Below, piece by piece: positions 38,715-48,758 of a stretch of 64,000 bases of DNA. The stretch is from NCBI GenBank assembly GCA_016235595.1, contig JACRJX010000001.1, positions 57,848 to 121,847 of the forward strand. The letters are read 5' to 3'. A program made the position numbers and the translations under genes. The DNA is from Verrucomicrobiota bacterium (GTDB taxonomy: Bacteria > Verrucomicrobiota > Verrucomicrobiia > CAIQCK01). Each line of letters begins with the position of its first letter. Position 1 is the stretch's first letter. The notes under the pieces were generated by a model, which made no database searches, was not told the origin of the DNA, and worked only from the letters and a program-made list of their open reading frames with translations.

Positions 38715-39218
38715 TTACTTTCCCGTAGCGTTCTGCTTCAATTTGGCGAGCGCCATCTGTTCGTGCAGGATTCGCTTCTGTAGATCGCTTTCTGGAAGTA
38801 GGGTTCGGGACGCTGATAACTCAATCGAGACCCCGGGGCACTCCCGCTGAAATAGAAATTGCGCCCGTGCCGCGTGGAAGTCCGATGTGACCACGATCAA
38901 TTGGCTGAACCCGTGCCGCTCGATGATAGGTCGGCACAGCTTCGCGTCCTCGATGGTGTTTGAACTCTCTGCACACTCCACGAACGCCTCGTCGGGAATC
39001 CCGCGTGTCTTAAGGTATTCACGCACGTAATGGCCATGAGGCCGGCTCGTGGTATTGAAGTGCGCTCCCCATCCGCCGGTGGGGAGGATTTTGGAACCGG
39101 GATGGCTCTGATATTCCTTCAGTGCCTGCTCACATCGCTCCCTGGCAATGCTGGAAAGTGTCCCATTCTCGTCATTGGGTGCCCCCAAAACAACAATGGC
39201 TGTCATTGTCTTATTCAC
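38715..39218 (-). CDS. DUF218 (YdcF/ElyC/SanA-like) domain protein
   Basis: 'AIVVLGAPNDENGTLSSIARERCEQAL', 'LPTGG' and 'LIVVTSDFHAARA' are typical DUF218 blocks. Sampled lines are about 45-52% GC. Confidence 0.75.
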   Translation of the reverse strand: MNKTMTAIVVLGAPNDENGTLSSIARERCEQALKEYQSHPGSKILPTGGWGAHFNTTSRPHGHYVREYLKTRGIPDEAFVECAESSNTIEDAKLCRPIIERHGFSQLIVVTSDFHAARAQFLFQRECPGVSIELSASRTLLPESDLQKRILHEQMALAKLKQNATGK

Positions 39219-39316
39219 TTAACAACAGAACTGAGCGACGCGGGCGACCACCGAGATTCGAATTGGAAACTGACGTGGCCCGCCCGCGTTCGGTCCAGTG
39301 ACTGGTTCGCCTTTGT

Positions 39317-39604
39317 TCATGTCGATATCTCGATTCCTTCCTTTCTCAATACCGCCGGCCAGTCGTCATCTGCAAGTCCCGCTGTAACAAGAGTGTCGCG
39401 CCAATCTTGCCTCGCTTGGCGCAAAGCGACTCGAAACTCCTGCATGTCACCTCGTGCAATGAGCAAGATCGCAAGCTGCACTCTGTCGGCATTCATCAAT
39501 CCCAGCGACAGGTCTGCGGTGTCGAGCGCAGCAATTACGTCGGCGGCATGCATTGGAGCGAAGAATCGATGCGCTTGCTTACGAACCAAGGATGACGCGC
39601 TCAT
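39317..39604 (-). CDS. Hypothetical 95-aa protein (no family recognised)
   Basis: Same strand as its neighbours and lies in the low-GC islet. The amino-acid composition is ordinary, unlike the Arg/Pro-rich artefact ORFs. Ends '...RQARQDWRDTLVTAGLADDDWPAVLRKEGIEIST'. Confidence 0.5.
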   Translation of the reverse strand: MSASSLVRKQAHRFFAPMHAADVIAALDTADLSLGLMNADRVQLAILLIARGDMQEFRVALRQARQDWRDTLVTAGLADDDWPAVLRKEGIEIST

Positions 39605-39806
39605 GTTTCAGGCCAGCATTCTTAATGGGGCAAAGTTCCCGGCAAAAGACAAATTCGGAAGCGGTGTCCAACTGGACTGGAAGCTGACAATGAGTTGCCT
39701 GCGTGTCAAGTTCATTGGCAGAGGTTTGGGACGATGATCGCCAAATGCGAAAGGCGAGTGACTCTGTCTTTTTGCACTTACCGCGCAACGCCGCGTTTGT
39801 CCGCCT

Positions 39807-40292
39807 TCAACCCGCTGGTTCGACTTCCAAGTCTGCGATCCGACTCTCCGACACACAGTAGGTAAATCTGCCATAACCCATAATTATCGTCGGCCGAAAA
39901 CGAGAGATGTTTCTTGCCAATTGCACGCCGCCTTCGAACTCCAGGTCCGCCCAGTCCCCGATACGATTCGCGATGTGATTGCAAATGCCGTGCGTGAAGT
40001 CGAACTCCGAAGGAATCTCTTTAAAGAACCACCATTCATCGCAGCACTCGTCATGCGACAATGGCCAGCGTGCGATCAAATCCTGAGTAATTTGAGGGGA
40101 GACAGCTACGTTATTGTGAGTCGTCCAGCCCAGGGGGAAGTCCGCCCGATCTGAGGTGAGCACCCCGCTGTCCCACGATGTATTGACGGCCTTGAGTCCC
40201 AGAATATGCGGGGCGATTCTTCGAAGTGCGTCCCGCAGCGGTTCCTCGTCGAGGTCATACCAGAAATGGTCCGCTATTCTCCCTGATCTCAT
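39807..40292 (-). CDS. Hypothetical 161-aa protein (no family recognised)
   Basis: Trp/Asp/Glu-rich cytoplasmic-looking protein (WYDLDEEPL..., DECCDEWWFFKEIPSEFDF). Lies in the low-GC islet on the same strand as its neighbours. Confidence 0.55.
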   Translation of the reverse strand: MRSGRIADHFWYDLDEEPLRDALRRIAPHILGLKAVNTSWDSGVLTSDRADFPLGWTTHNNVAVSPQITQDLIARWPLSHDECCDEWWFFKEIPSEFDFTHGICNHIANRIGDWADLEFEGGVQLARNISRFRPTIIMGYGRFTYCVSESRIADLEVEPAG

Positions 40293-40380
40293 GTTTCTTC
40301 TTGCCGAACATTATTAGCAGGACAGATACGCATGTCATGCGCGCGCCCGGCCCCGGCGTGAGAAGCCCGCTGGACGCCGG

Positions 40381-41439
40381 CTACGGCGTAAAGTCCTGGT
40401 CCTTCTTCAGGCGCGCGCAGAAGGCGGCGACGAGCTTGGCGCAATTCTCCAGGTCGTCGAGCGAGAGAAGTTCGTTGGGCGTGTGCATGTAGCGCAGCGG
40501 AACCGAGAGCAGGCCGGTGGCCATGCCGGCGCGGGTGCGCTGCATGATGTTGGCGTCGGTGCCCGTGCCGCCGGCGGCCGTGCTGATCTGGTAGGGAATC
40601 TTTTCCTTCTTCGCCGTCTCGACGAGGAGATCAAAAACCACGGGGTTGATGTTGGCGCCGCGGCAAATCTTCGGGCCTTTGCCGATCTGGTAGTCGCCAA
40701 CCTTCTTCTTGTCGATGCCGGGGCAGTCGGTGGCGTGGCCGACATCCAGGGCGATGCCGACCCCGGCCTCGCTGGCGAACGCGCTGGTCTGCGCGCCCCG
40801 CAGGCCGATCTCTTCCTGCACGGTGGAGACGCCGACGATGCAGGCGTCGAACTTGCGGCCATGCAGCAGGCGCAGCGTTTCGGCGACGATCCACGTGCCC
40901 ATCTTGTTGTCGAACGCCATCGAGACCACGCGGTTGTGGGCCAGTTCGGTGAACGGCTGCACGAAAACGCCCGCGTCGCCAAGGGAAACGAGTTTCTCGG
41001 CGTCCTTCTTGGACTTCGCGCCGATATCCACGTAGAGGTCGTCCATCTTCGGCACGCGCTTGCGGTCGTCGTCGTCCATGAGGTGGATGGCTTTGCGGCC
41101 GATGACGCCGGGCACGAGGCCGCCCCGGGTCATGACGACGATGCGCTGGGAAACGGCAACGGTCGGGTCCACGCCGCCGATTCTGTCCACGTAAAGGAAG
41201 CCGTCGTCGGTGATGAACTGGACGATGAAGCCAATCTGGTCGCAGTGGCCCGCGAGCATGACGCGCGGGCATCCGGCGGGATTGCGGATGCCGAAGACGT
41301 TGCCCATCACGTCGGTCTTGACCTCGTCGCACCACGGACGGATGCGCTCGCGAACGATCTGCTGGACTTGCTGCTCGTAACCGGACGGGCTGGGTGTTTC
41401 AACGAGTTGTTTGAGGAAAGCCTTGGAGTCGGGATTCAT
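40381..41439 (-). CDS. M42 family metallopeptidase (FrvX/CelM-like aminopeptidase)
   Basis: 'FLKQLVETPSPSGYEQQV', 'MLAGHCDQIGF', 'FDNKMG' and 'VQEEIGLRGA' motifs. Start ATG at 41439. The track extension to 41808 overlaps the pckA 3' end and is rejected. Confidence 0.85.
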   Translation of the reverse strand: MNPDSKAFLKQLVETPSPSGYEQQVQQIVRERIRPWCDEVKTDVMGNVFGIRNPAGCPRVMLAGHCDQIGFIVQFITDDGFLYVDRIGGVDPTVAVSQRIVVMTRGGLVPGVIGRKAIHLMDDDDRKRVPKMDDLYVDIGAKSKKDAEKLVSLGDAGVFVQPFTELAHNRVVSMAFDNKMGTWIVAETLRLLHGRKFDACIVGVSTVQEEIGLRGAQTSAFASEAGVGIALDVGHATDCPGIDKKKVGDYQIGKGPKICRGANINPVVFDLLVETAKKEKIPYQISTAAGGTGTDANIMQRTRAGMATGLLSVPLRYMHTPNELLSLDDLENCAKLVAAFCARLKKDQDFTP

Positions 41440-41480
41440 GGTGTGGGTGTCACTTGTAATACGCAATGTGTCATGGGCGA

Positions 41481-43064
41481 TCAATCGGCCTTCGGGCCGG
41501 AGGAAACGAGATCGGCGGCGGTGTCCTTGAACTGATCGAAGTTCTGGATGAACAGGCGCGCCACTTCGCGGGCCTTGGCGTCGTATTCGGCGGGGTTTTT
41601 CCACGTCTTGCGAATGTCGAGAACCTCCGCGGGGACACCGGGGCAACGCTTCGGCACCTGAAAACCGAACACCGGGTCGGTCGCCATCGGCTGGCGGTCG
41701 AGTTCGCCTTTGAGGATGGCGTGGACGGTGGCGCGATTGTAGGCCAGCTCGATGCGGCTGCCGACGCCGCACGGGCCGCCGACCCAGCCGGTGCTGACGA
41801 GATAACATCGAACGTTGTGCTCGCGTATCTTTTTCGCCAGCAGTTCGGCGTAGACGCGCGGCGACAACGGCAGGAACGGCGAGCCGAAACAGGCGCTGAA
41901 CGTCGCCTGCGGTTCACGGCCCATGCCTGCCTCGGTGCCGGCGAGGCGCGCGGTGTAGCCGGAGAGGAAATGATACATGGCCTGCCGATCGTCGAGCCGC
42001 GCCACGGGCGGCATCACGCCAAACGCGTCGGCGGTAAGGAAGACGATGGAGCGCGGATGGCCGCCGACGCCGCTGTCAATGGCGTTGGCGATGAAGTCCA
42101 CCGGGTAGGCGGCGCGCGTGTTCTCGGTGACGGCGTCATCGTCGAAATCCACCTCGCGCGTGTCGAGATCCATCACGACGTTCTCGACGACCGCGCCGAA
42201 ACGGATGGCGTCCCAGATTTGCGGCTCGCGCTCGTGACTGAGGCGGATGCACTTGGCGTAGCAGCCACCCTCGAAGTTGAACACGCCGTTGTCGCCCCAG
42301 CCGTGCTCATCGTCGCCGATGAGGCGGCGGTCGGGATCAGCCGAGAGTGTGGTCTTGCCGGTGCCGGAGAGTCCGAAGAAGAGCGCCACATCGCCGTCCT
42401 TGCCGACGTTGGCCGAGCAATGCATCGGGCAGACGCCTTGTTGTGGCAGGACATAGTTGAGGCAACTGAAGACCGACTTCTTCATCTCGCCGGCGTAGTG
42501 CGTGCCGCCGATGATGACCGTGCGCGAACCGAAGTCCACGCAGATGAACGCCTCCGACCGCGTGCCGTCGGTGGCAGGATCGGCGAGGCACTTCGGCGCG
42601 CAGATCACCGTGAACGCCGGCTGGTGCCCGTTGAGTTCCTCCGGCGCCGGCCGGCGGAAGAGCTGCCGCGCGAACAACGAATGCCACGCCTGCTCCGTGA
42701 TCACACGGATCGGCAGGCGATGCCGTTCGTCCGCGCCGACGAAGCCGTCGAACACAAAGACCTCGCGGTTCTTGAAATGGGCGGTGACGCGCTGGCGCAG
42801 TTCCTGGAACTGCTCGCGCGACATCGGCTGGTTGACCTTGCCCCAAGCGATTTGGCCCTCGCTGGTCGGCTCCTTGACGATAAACCGGTCGTTGGGCGAG
42901 CGGCCGGTGCGCCTGCCCGTGAGTGTGACGAGCGCGCCGGTGTTGGCGAGACGGCCCTCGCCGCGTCGCAGGCTCATCTCCACAAGCGCCGCGACGGGCA
43001 GGTTACGATGAACCGGCCCGGTTTCAACAAGACCGTGCGACACCAAACTGAAATTATTAGGCAT
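41481..43064 (-). CDS. pckA: Phosphoenolpyruvate carboxykinase (ATP)
   Basis: 'TGRSPNDRFIV', kinase-1a 'FFGLSGTGKTTLS', 'IGDDEHGW' and 'NFEGGCYAK' are canonical ATP-PEPCK motifs. Start ATG at 43064. Confidence 0.95.
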   Translation of the reverse strand: MPNNFSLVSHGLVETGPVHRNLPVAALVEMSLRRGEGRLANTGALVTLTGRRTGRSPNDRFIVKEPTSEGQIAWGKVNQPMSREQFQELRQRVTAHFKNREVFVFDGFVGADERHRLPIRVITEQAWHSLFARQLFRRPAPEELNGHQPAFTVICAPKCLADPATDGTRSEAFICVDFGSRTVIIGGTHYAGEMKKSVFSCLNYVLPQQGVCPMHCSANVGKDGDVALFFGLSGTGKTTLSADPDRRLIGDDEHGWGDNGVFNFEGGCYAKCIRLSHEREPQIWDAIRFGAVVENVVMDLDTREVDFDDDAVTENTRAAYPVDFIANAIDSGVGGHPRSIVFLTADAFGVMPPVARLDDRQAMYHFLSGYTARLAGTEAGMGREPQATFSACFGSPFLPLSPRVYAELLAKKIREHNVRCYLVSTGWVGGPCGVGSRIELAYNRATVHAILKGELDRQPMATDPVFGFQVPKRCPGVPAEVLDIRKTWKNPAEYDAKAREVARLFIQNFDQFKDTAADLVSSGPKAD

Positions 43065-43213
43065 AGTTGAGCGACTGCTTTTACCGACTTCCGCCGCAAC
43101 CGCAATCATATTCGCACAATAAGAAAATCGGCTTTCCGTAAAGGTATTCCCGCTTGGTCTGGCGGAGCCGTTGCGGTATTTTCAGCGCATCCATTTCCAA
43201 CCCAGAAGCCAAC

Positions 43214-44245
43214 ATGACAACCCAATCTGACAACTCATTCGATCAGCACGTCACCCGACGCGCGGCGATCAGCGCGGCCCTGGCGGCGGCAGGCGGCGCG
43301 GCGGCGTTTGCCCACAGCGTCGCCGGCGCGGCCGAGGCAGCCAAGCCCGACGCGCGGCGAGCGTCGCCGAAACGCTACGATATGAAGAAGTCCATCAACC
43401 TCTGGGCGTTCCCCTATCCCGAGCGGATGAACCTGGAGGAGTGTCTGCGGCTGGCCAAGGCCGCGGGCTTCGACGCCGTCGAGTTGAACTACGACCTCGA
43501 CAACGACCTCTCGCCGAAAGCCGGCCCGGCAGAGTGCCGCGCCATTCGCAAGCTGGCCGACAAGATTGGCATCGCCATCAGCGGCCTTTGCTCGTTCCTG
43601 TTCTGGCCGTATCCGCTGACCAGCGGCGATCTGATCAAACGCGAGCGGGGATTGGAACTGGCCGCGAAGATGATCCAGGCGGCGCACGATGTGGGCACCG
43701 ACAATCTGCTGGTCGTGCCCGGCGCCGTGAACATCCCGTGGCGGACGGACTACGAACCGGTGCCTTTCAATGTGTGCGACCGGCGTGCCCGCGAGGCGGT
43801 GGCCGGACTGCTGCCGGCGGCAACGAAGCTCGGCGTCTATCTCAACATCGAGAACATCTTCTTCAACGGCTATCTCATGACGCCGGGGGAGATGAACGCG
43901 TTCGTGGACAGTTTCCAGAGCGAGCGCGTGCAGGTCCATTTCGATACCGGCAACATCATGCTTTTCCATTACCCTGAACACTGGATTCCGGCGCTCGGCA
44001 AGCGGATCAGGAACGTTCACCTGAAGGAGTTTTCCAAGAAGGCGACCGACCACTCGCTGGAGTGTTTCCGGCCGCTTCTCGACGGCACGACGAACTGGCC
44101 GGCGGTGATGGAGGCGTTCGACCAGATTGGTTATCGCGGCTACCTGACCTTCGAGTATTTTCACCCGTATCCGCACTACCCGGAGGCGCTGATCTACCAG
44201 ACCGCCGACTCGATGGACCGGCTGCTGGGCTTGAAGACTGTGTGA
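43214..44245 (+). CDS. Tat-exported sugar phosphate isomerase/epimerase (xylose isomerase-like TIM barrel)
   Basis: Twin-arginine leader 'VTRRAAISAALAAAGGAAAFA'. 'GFDAVELNY', 'YLNIENIFFNG' and 'HFDTGN' metal-site pattern of the AP_endonuc_2 / xylose-isomerase-like fold. Confidence 0.8.
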   Translation: MTTQSDNSFDQHVTRRAAISAALAAAGGAAAFAHSVAGAAEAAKPDARRASPKRYDMKKSINLWAFPYPERMNLEECLRLAKAAGFDAVELNYDLDNDLSPKAGPAECRAIRKLADKIGIAISGLCSFLFWPYPLTSGDLIKRERGLELAAKMIQAAHDVGTDNLLVVPGAVNIPWRTDYEPVPFNVCDRRAREAVAGLLPAATKLGVYLNIENIFFNGYLMTPGEMNAFVDSFQSERVQVHFDTGNIMLFHYPEHWIPALGKRIRNVHLKEFSKKATDHSLECFRPLLDGTTNWPAVMEAFDQIGYRGYLTFEYFHPYPHYPEALIYQTADSMDRLLGLKTV

Positions 44246-44294
44246 TGGTAAAACTGCACTGGAGCCACAGGACGCTCCCATCCAACTGACAACT

Positions 44295-45866
44295 GTGAAA
44301 CACAAACAACCTCTCTCCCGAAACGTCCCACTCACCATCGGTCTGCGCCGTTACTTGTATGTGACGGCGGCGGTCACTGGCGCGGCGATCATGATTGTGG
44401 AAATCCTCGGCGCGAAGATGCTCGCGCCTTATCTCGGCACCTCGCATTTCGTCTGGACGGCACAGATCGCGGTGACGCTTGTTGCGCTGGCTTGCGGCTA
44501 CTATGCCGGCGGCCGTTGGGTGGACCGCTCGCCGCAGCTCGGCAGACTCTACGGCGCGATTGCGGCAGCCGCGGTCTATCTGTGCGTCTCAGTGCTGATT
44601 TGCGAGCCGGTGGCGTATGGGTGCCTGGAGTTCGAACTGGCTGTGGGATCGCTGCTGGCGTCGGCGTTTTTGTTTTTCGTGCCGCTGGGATTGCTGGCGA
44701 TGGTCGGCCCGTTCTTCGTCCGTATGCTGACCGGCTCGGTGGAGACCGTCGGCGGCAACGTCGGCCGGCTCACCGCGATCAGCACCGCGGGCAGCGTCGT
44801 GGGCACTGTCCTGATCGGTTATGTGCTTATTCCGTTCCTGCCGAACTCGATGACGATGTATCTGACGGCGCTGGCGCTGATGGCGGTGTCCGTGGGCTAC
44901 TTTGCCGGCCCGGCAAGGAAAGTTTCAAAGCTCATCCCTGTCCTGCTGACCGTAGCCATCGGCGCGGGCACCGGCTACGCAGGAGTCCAACGGGACCACC
45001 TGCACAACAAAGGAATCAAGGAGTTGTATCGGGCCAATTCAAACTTCGGCCAGCTTCAGGTTGTGGAATGGGGCGAGGAGGAGCCGGTGCGCCGCAGCTA
45101 TCTCAACGATTTCCTGAACCAGAATTCCTACGACCCGCAGGAACGCAAGAGCGTCTCGATGTATACCTATATGTTGCATGGGTTGGCGCGTGCCTACACG
45201 CCGCGGATAGACGACGCGTTGTGCATCGGGCTGGGCGTCGGCATCGTGCCGGGCGAACTGGCCCGCGATGGCGCACGCGTGGACGTGGTGGAGATCAATC
45301 CCGCCGTGCTGCCGGTGGGGGTGAAGTATTTCAACCTGGAGCCGCAGAAGCTCAACATCCATTTCGGCGACGGCCGCTATTTTATCAGCCGTTGCAAGAA
45401 ACAGTATGACACGATCATCCTCGACGCGTTTCTGGGCGACTCATCGCCGTCGCATCTGTTCACGCGGGAAGCCTTCACTGCGATGCGGCGGTTGCTCCGG
45501 GCCGAGGGCACGCTGGTGATCAACATGTTTGGCGGCACCAGCGGTGAGAGCGAGTTCTTCACCGCTTCGATGGTCCGGACGTTGGGTGTGGTCTTCAAGA
45601 GCGTGCGCATCCACCAGGCCGGCAACGGCAACACCTTTCTGGTGGCGTCAAACCAGCCGGCGCTGGAATTGCGGCAAAAGCCCGACATGGAGCGCGTCCA
45701 TCCGATCGCGCGCCGGTTGGTGACGCAGGCTTTCAGCAGCCTCGTCGCCGTGAACCTCGACAGTGGCGTCGTGTTGACCGACGATTACAACCCGGTGGAG
45801 TTCTTCGACGCCAGAAACCGCGAGTTGTTGCGGCGGCATCTGGCCTTGCAGATGAAGAACGATTAG
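44295..45866 (+). CDS. Fused membrane (MFS-like) / spermidine synthase-like methyltransferase-fold protein
   Basis: About 200-aa N-terminal multi-TM region (AAIMIVEILGAKMLAPYLGTSHFVWTAQIAV). It is followed by a PABS/spermidine-synthase-like domain (ALCIGLGVGIVPGEL...VDVVEINP...YDTIILDAF). GTG start. Confidence 0.75.
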   Translation: MKHKQPLSRNVPLTIGLRRYLYVTAAVTGAAIMIVEILGAKMLAPYLGTSHFVWTAQIAVTLVALACGYYAGGRWVDRSPQLGRLYGAIAAAAVYLCVSVLICEPVAYGCLEFELAVGSLLASAFLFFVPLGLLAMVGPFFVRMLTGSVETVGGNVGRLTAISTAGSVVGTVLIGYVLIPFLPNSMTMYLTALALMAVSVGYFAGPARKVSKLIPVLLTVAIGAGTGYAGVQRDHLHNKGIKELYRANSNFGQLQVVEWGEEEPVRRSYLNDFLNQNSYDPQERKSVSMYTYMLHGLARAYTPRIDDALCIGLGVGIVPGELARDGARVDVVEINPAVLPVGVKYFNLEPQKLNIHFGDGRYFISRCKKQYDTIILDAFLGDSSPSHLFTREAFTAMRRLLRAEGTLVINMFGGTSGESEFFTASMVRTLGVVFKSVRIHQAGNGNTFLVASNQPALELRQKPDMERVHPIARRLVTQAFSSLVAVNLDSGVVLTDDYNPVEFFDARNRELLRRHLALQMKND

Positions 45867-45875
45867 CCGGCCGGC

Positions 45876-48758
45876 TCAGGGCCGCACGGTCACTTCGCTC
45901 ACGCGCCACGGATCCTTGGTGGGAGCCTGCGGAGCCGGCCGCAGCCGCAGATAACGCGCCTGATGCTGGGCCGCGGTCGCATCCATCAACCGCCATTGTT
46001 TGCCGTCCGAGGACAGCTCGATGGTCAGACCGGGCGGTGAGGTGATCGCCTCGACGGACTTGAAATTCTGCGTCGCGCCCATATCGAGCTGCCACCAGAG
46101 GTCGGGCGAAGTCGGGGTGGTGGATTCCCATCGCGAATAGACACAGCCGTCGTAGGCATCGTCGGGATGGGCGATTGAGTTGGTGTCCGAACCGATGGCC
46201 GTCCACGAAAGCGTCGGCAAACCCTGGCGCTGGAACGGCAGCGCGCGATGCTCAATGATCGGTGGACGCGGCGTCACGGTCACCAGCTTGTCCCGCCACG
46301 CGGCGAGATCCAGTACGGCGTCTTGTTTGGCGGTCCAGGCCGCCGGCAGATCCACCGCCGCGGCGTTGGGATCGCCGGCGACGCGGCGGAACACCATCGG
46401 CTCGCCGAACTGCCGCAACACCTTGATTCGGAAAATGTTTTTCGCCGGCGCGTAATCGAGCCAAAACCAGGCGCGCGGAAAGAATATCGGCATGTGCAGT
46501 TCGCCGAGCGTTGTCGTCGTGCGCGGCGACAGCCACAGCGTCTGTCCCGGCACGTCCACGGTCGCGCCGCTGAACTGATGGAACCACCACCAACCAGCCA
46601 TGGCGCTCATATAGCTGCCGCCCGGTTGCGGGGAGTCGGTCTGCGTCGGCATCAGGTTCAGGTAAATACCCCAGGGGATTTTCGACCGCCGCCAGACTGC
46701 GTCGTAGGTCCGCCACACCACTTCCAACGCGTCGTCGGCGTAGCCCTCGGCCATCGCCATGCCGGCGAAATACGTCCATTGATACGTCAGCCAGCAGCGG
46801 TCATTGTGCGCGCTTCCGTCAGGCATGAACTCATCCGCAAACGCCCACGGACTGCGCTGGCCATTGACCTTGAAAAGGCTCTCCAGGCTCGCCCGGGCTT
46901 CCGCCTCCGAGACCACGCGCGGCAGGCCAGCCATGCGCATCATCCAGTCACCCGCCAGTTGCGCGGTGAAGATCGTCGGCACGACCATGTTACGGTCGGG
47001 CAGATAGCACTTCGCAAAAAACTGGCCCGTCCAGAGCCTCTGCCGCATCGTGGCCAATACGCGACTGAGCCGTTGCCGTCCAAGCTCGTATATCGCGCTG
47101 TCGTTTTGCACCGCCGCCAGTTCCGTCGCGCCCTGCAATGCCGCCGCATACACGCTGGCCGTGAACACAAACGCGCCCGCGTATTGGATGCCCGCGTCGA
47201 ACGTCGTGCCCCCCTCCGGGATGCCGTCGCCGTCGCGGTCGGCGGTCACGAGCCAGTCGAGCGCCCGTTTCACGCCGGGCCACGCCGCATCCAGAAACGC
47301 CCGGTCGCCGGTCCAGCGATACTGTTTGAGCACCTGCCAGATGTAAACCGCCGACAGGTCCGGCCACTGGGTGATACCGTAGTGCACGCGCGGATCGCCG
47401 ATAACCTGATAGATGTTGCCACAGAAGTGCGTGATCTCGCCGCTGGGCTGCTGACAACGACCGAACATCTCCAATTCGCGGCGTGCCAGTTCCGGGAAGA
47501 ACGTGCCGGGGAACACGTGCGCCACGGTCCGCTGGTCAAGCGTACCCAGCGCGCCTTCCATCCACGACGGATCCTCATGCACCGTGAACTCGCCGTCGCG
47601 TGTCAGCACCGTGTTGGCAGTCATCGGGTGCGTTCCGCCCAGGATCAACCGCTTCATCCACTCCGGGAGATTCGACTTATCGACCCATTCGCCCAACTCG
47701 GCGCTGGCACTCTCCAACCGCTGGCGCTGGCCGAATGCGTAAGCCGCCAACGCGGCCGGATCCTTGAACTCCCGCAGATAAAAATGGCCGTGGTCCTTGC
47801 CGTCCATGGTGACGTGGCGCGGCATCCACCACACGAAGGCAAAGAGAACTTTCTGTTTGCCACCGGCGGGCACTGTGACGCGACGGCAAATCGCGCCGGC
47901 AGTTGCCAATGATTCCGGATTGGCGACGCCGAGTTCGCCGCGCGTTGCGAAGCCCTCTGTCAACTCGCGTCCCTCGCCCGCCGCGTCCCACCCGCAGGCA
48001 GTGGTCGGGCCATCGCTGAGCAGCCAGTATTCGCCGCTGGAATTGAGCTTCATCCCCTCGAACTGTTTGGTGGAGAACAGGCGTAACCCGGTCAACGGCG
48101 TGTCTTTCACTGCCGCCGGTCCGACGCGGTTGCCTTCCTGCTCGCGCCAGTGGCGGTGGTCGCCTTGGACCTGATAGCCGCCGCAACCGATGAGATGCTC
48201 CAATGAGAACAGCAGCGATGCCTCCACGGGCACCGTCTGGGTGTTGTTCAGCGTGAACTCGAAGAACGCCACGGGCAGGCTCGAATCCTTCGCGTTATGT
48301 GGCACCAATGCCGACCACGCGCGCAACGACACGCCCACCGGCAGCGCCGCATCCTCAAACGTGGCGTCCACGAACGGGAGATGTCCGCGGTAGGCGATGT
48401 GCGCCACCTGCTCTACGCCCGGCAGTTCCTGCTCCCGAAACCCGAATCGCAGCCAGCGCGTCACTGGTTTTGGATTGGCGGCGCGAATCGCGAAGAATGT
48501 CGCGCGCGAGGGTTTCCACGGATGGTTCCACAGCGGTTCGTCCCAGTTGTGATTGATGCTGAACCGCGAAAACCAGCCGCTGGGCAACACCTCGAACTTG
48601 CCACAGCCCATCGCGCCGAGCGGCACACCGTTCTGCCATTGGACGTTGTGGATGATGCCGGTGGCGTCGTCGAGGCCCTGGTTCAACTGGGCATTCGCTG
48701 GACACGCCAGCCAAGCCAGACACGCCGCAACCGCAAGTCGATGAATGATGCGATGCAT
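45876..48758 (-). CDS. Glycoside hydrolase family 116 (GBA2-type beta-glucosidase) with C-terminal F5/8 type C (discoidin) domain
   Basis: The N-terminus 'GVPLGAMGCGKFEVLPSGWFSRFSINHNW' is the GH116 N-domain signature, followed by an (alpha/alpha)6 catalytic region. The C-terminus 'YSRWESTTPTSPDLWWQLDMGATQNFKSVEA' is discoidin-like. Signal peptide from the ATG at 48758. Confidence 0.8.
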   Translation of the reverse strand: MHRIIHRLAVAACLAWLACPANAQLNQGLDDATGIIHNVQWQNGVPLGAMGCGKFEVLPSGWFSRFSINHNWDEPLWNHPWKPSRATFFAIRAANPKPVTRWLRFGFREQELPGVEQVAHIAYRGHLPFVDATFEDAALPVGVSLRAWSALVPHNAKDSSLPVAFFEFTLNNTQTVPVEASLLFSLEHLIGCGGYQVQGDHRHWREQEGNRVGPAAVKDTPLTGLRLFSTKQFEGMKLNSSGEYWLLSDGPTTACGWDAAGEGRELTEGFATRGELGVANPESLATAGAICRRVTVPAGGKQKVLFAFVWWMPRHVTMDGKDHGHFYLREFKDPAALAAYAFGQRQRLESASAELGEWVDKSNLPEWMKRLILGGTHPMTANTVLTRDGEFTVHEDPSWMEGALGTLDQRTVAHVFPGTFFPELARRELEMFGRCQQPSGEITHFCGNIYQVIGDPRVHYGITQWPDLSAVYIWQVLKQYRWTGDRAFLDAAWPGVKRALDWLVTADRDGDGIPEGGTTFDAGIQYAGAFVFTASVYAAALQGATELAAVQNDSAIYELGRQRLSRVLATMRQRLWTGQFFAKCYLPDRNMVVPTIFTAQLAGDWMMRMAGLPRVVSEAEARASLESLFKVNGQRSPWAFADEFMPDGSAHNDRCWLTYQWTYFAGMAMAEGYADDALEVVWRTYDAVWRRSKIPWGIYLNLMPTQTDSPQPGGSYMSAMAGWWWFHQFSGATVDVPGQTLWLSPRTTTTLGELHMPIFFPRAWFWLDYAPAKNIFRIKVLRQFGEPMVFRRVAGDPNAAAVDLPAAWTAKQDAVLDLAAWRDKLVTVTPRPPIIEHRALPFQRQGLPTLSWTAIGSDTNSIAHPDDAYDGCVYSRWESTTPTSPDLWWQLDMGATQNFKSVEAITSPPGLTIELSSDGKQWRLMDATAAQHQARYLRLRPAPQAPTKDPWRVSEVTVRP

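Noticed and set aside
39251-39300. tRNA-like fragment (T-loop-like 'ttcgaat' at 39257-39263 and GC-rich flanks), considered as a possible island integration site.
   Set aside because: No acceptor, D or anticodon arms can be drawn, and no matching direct repeat exists at the other end of the low-GC islet.
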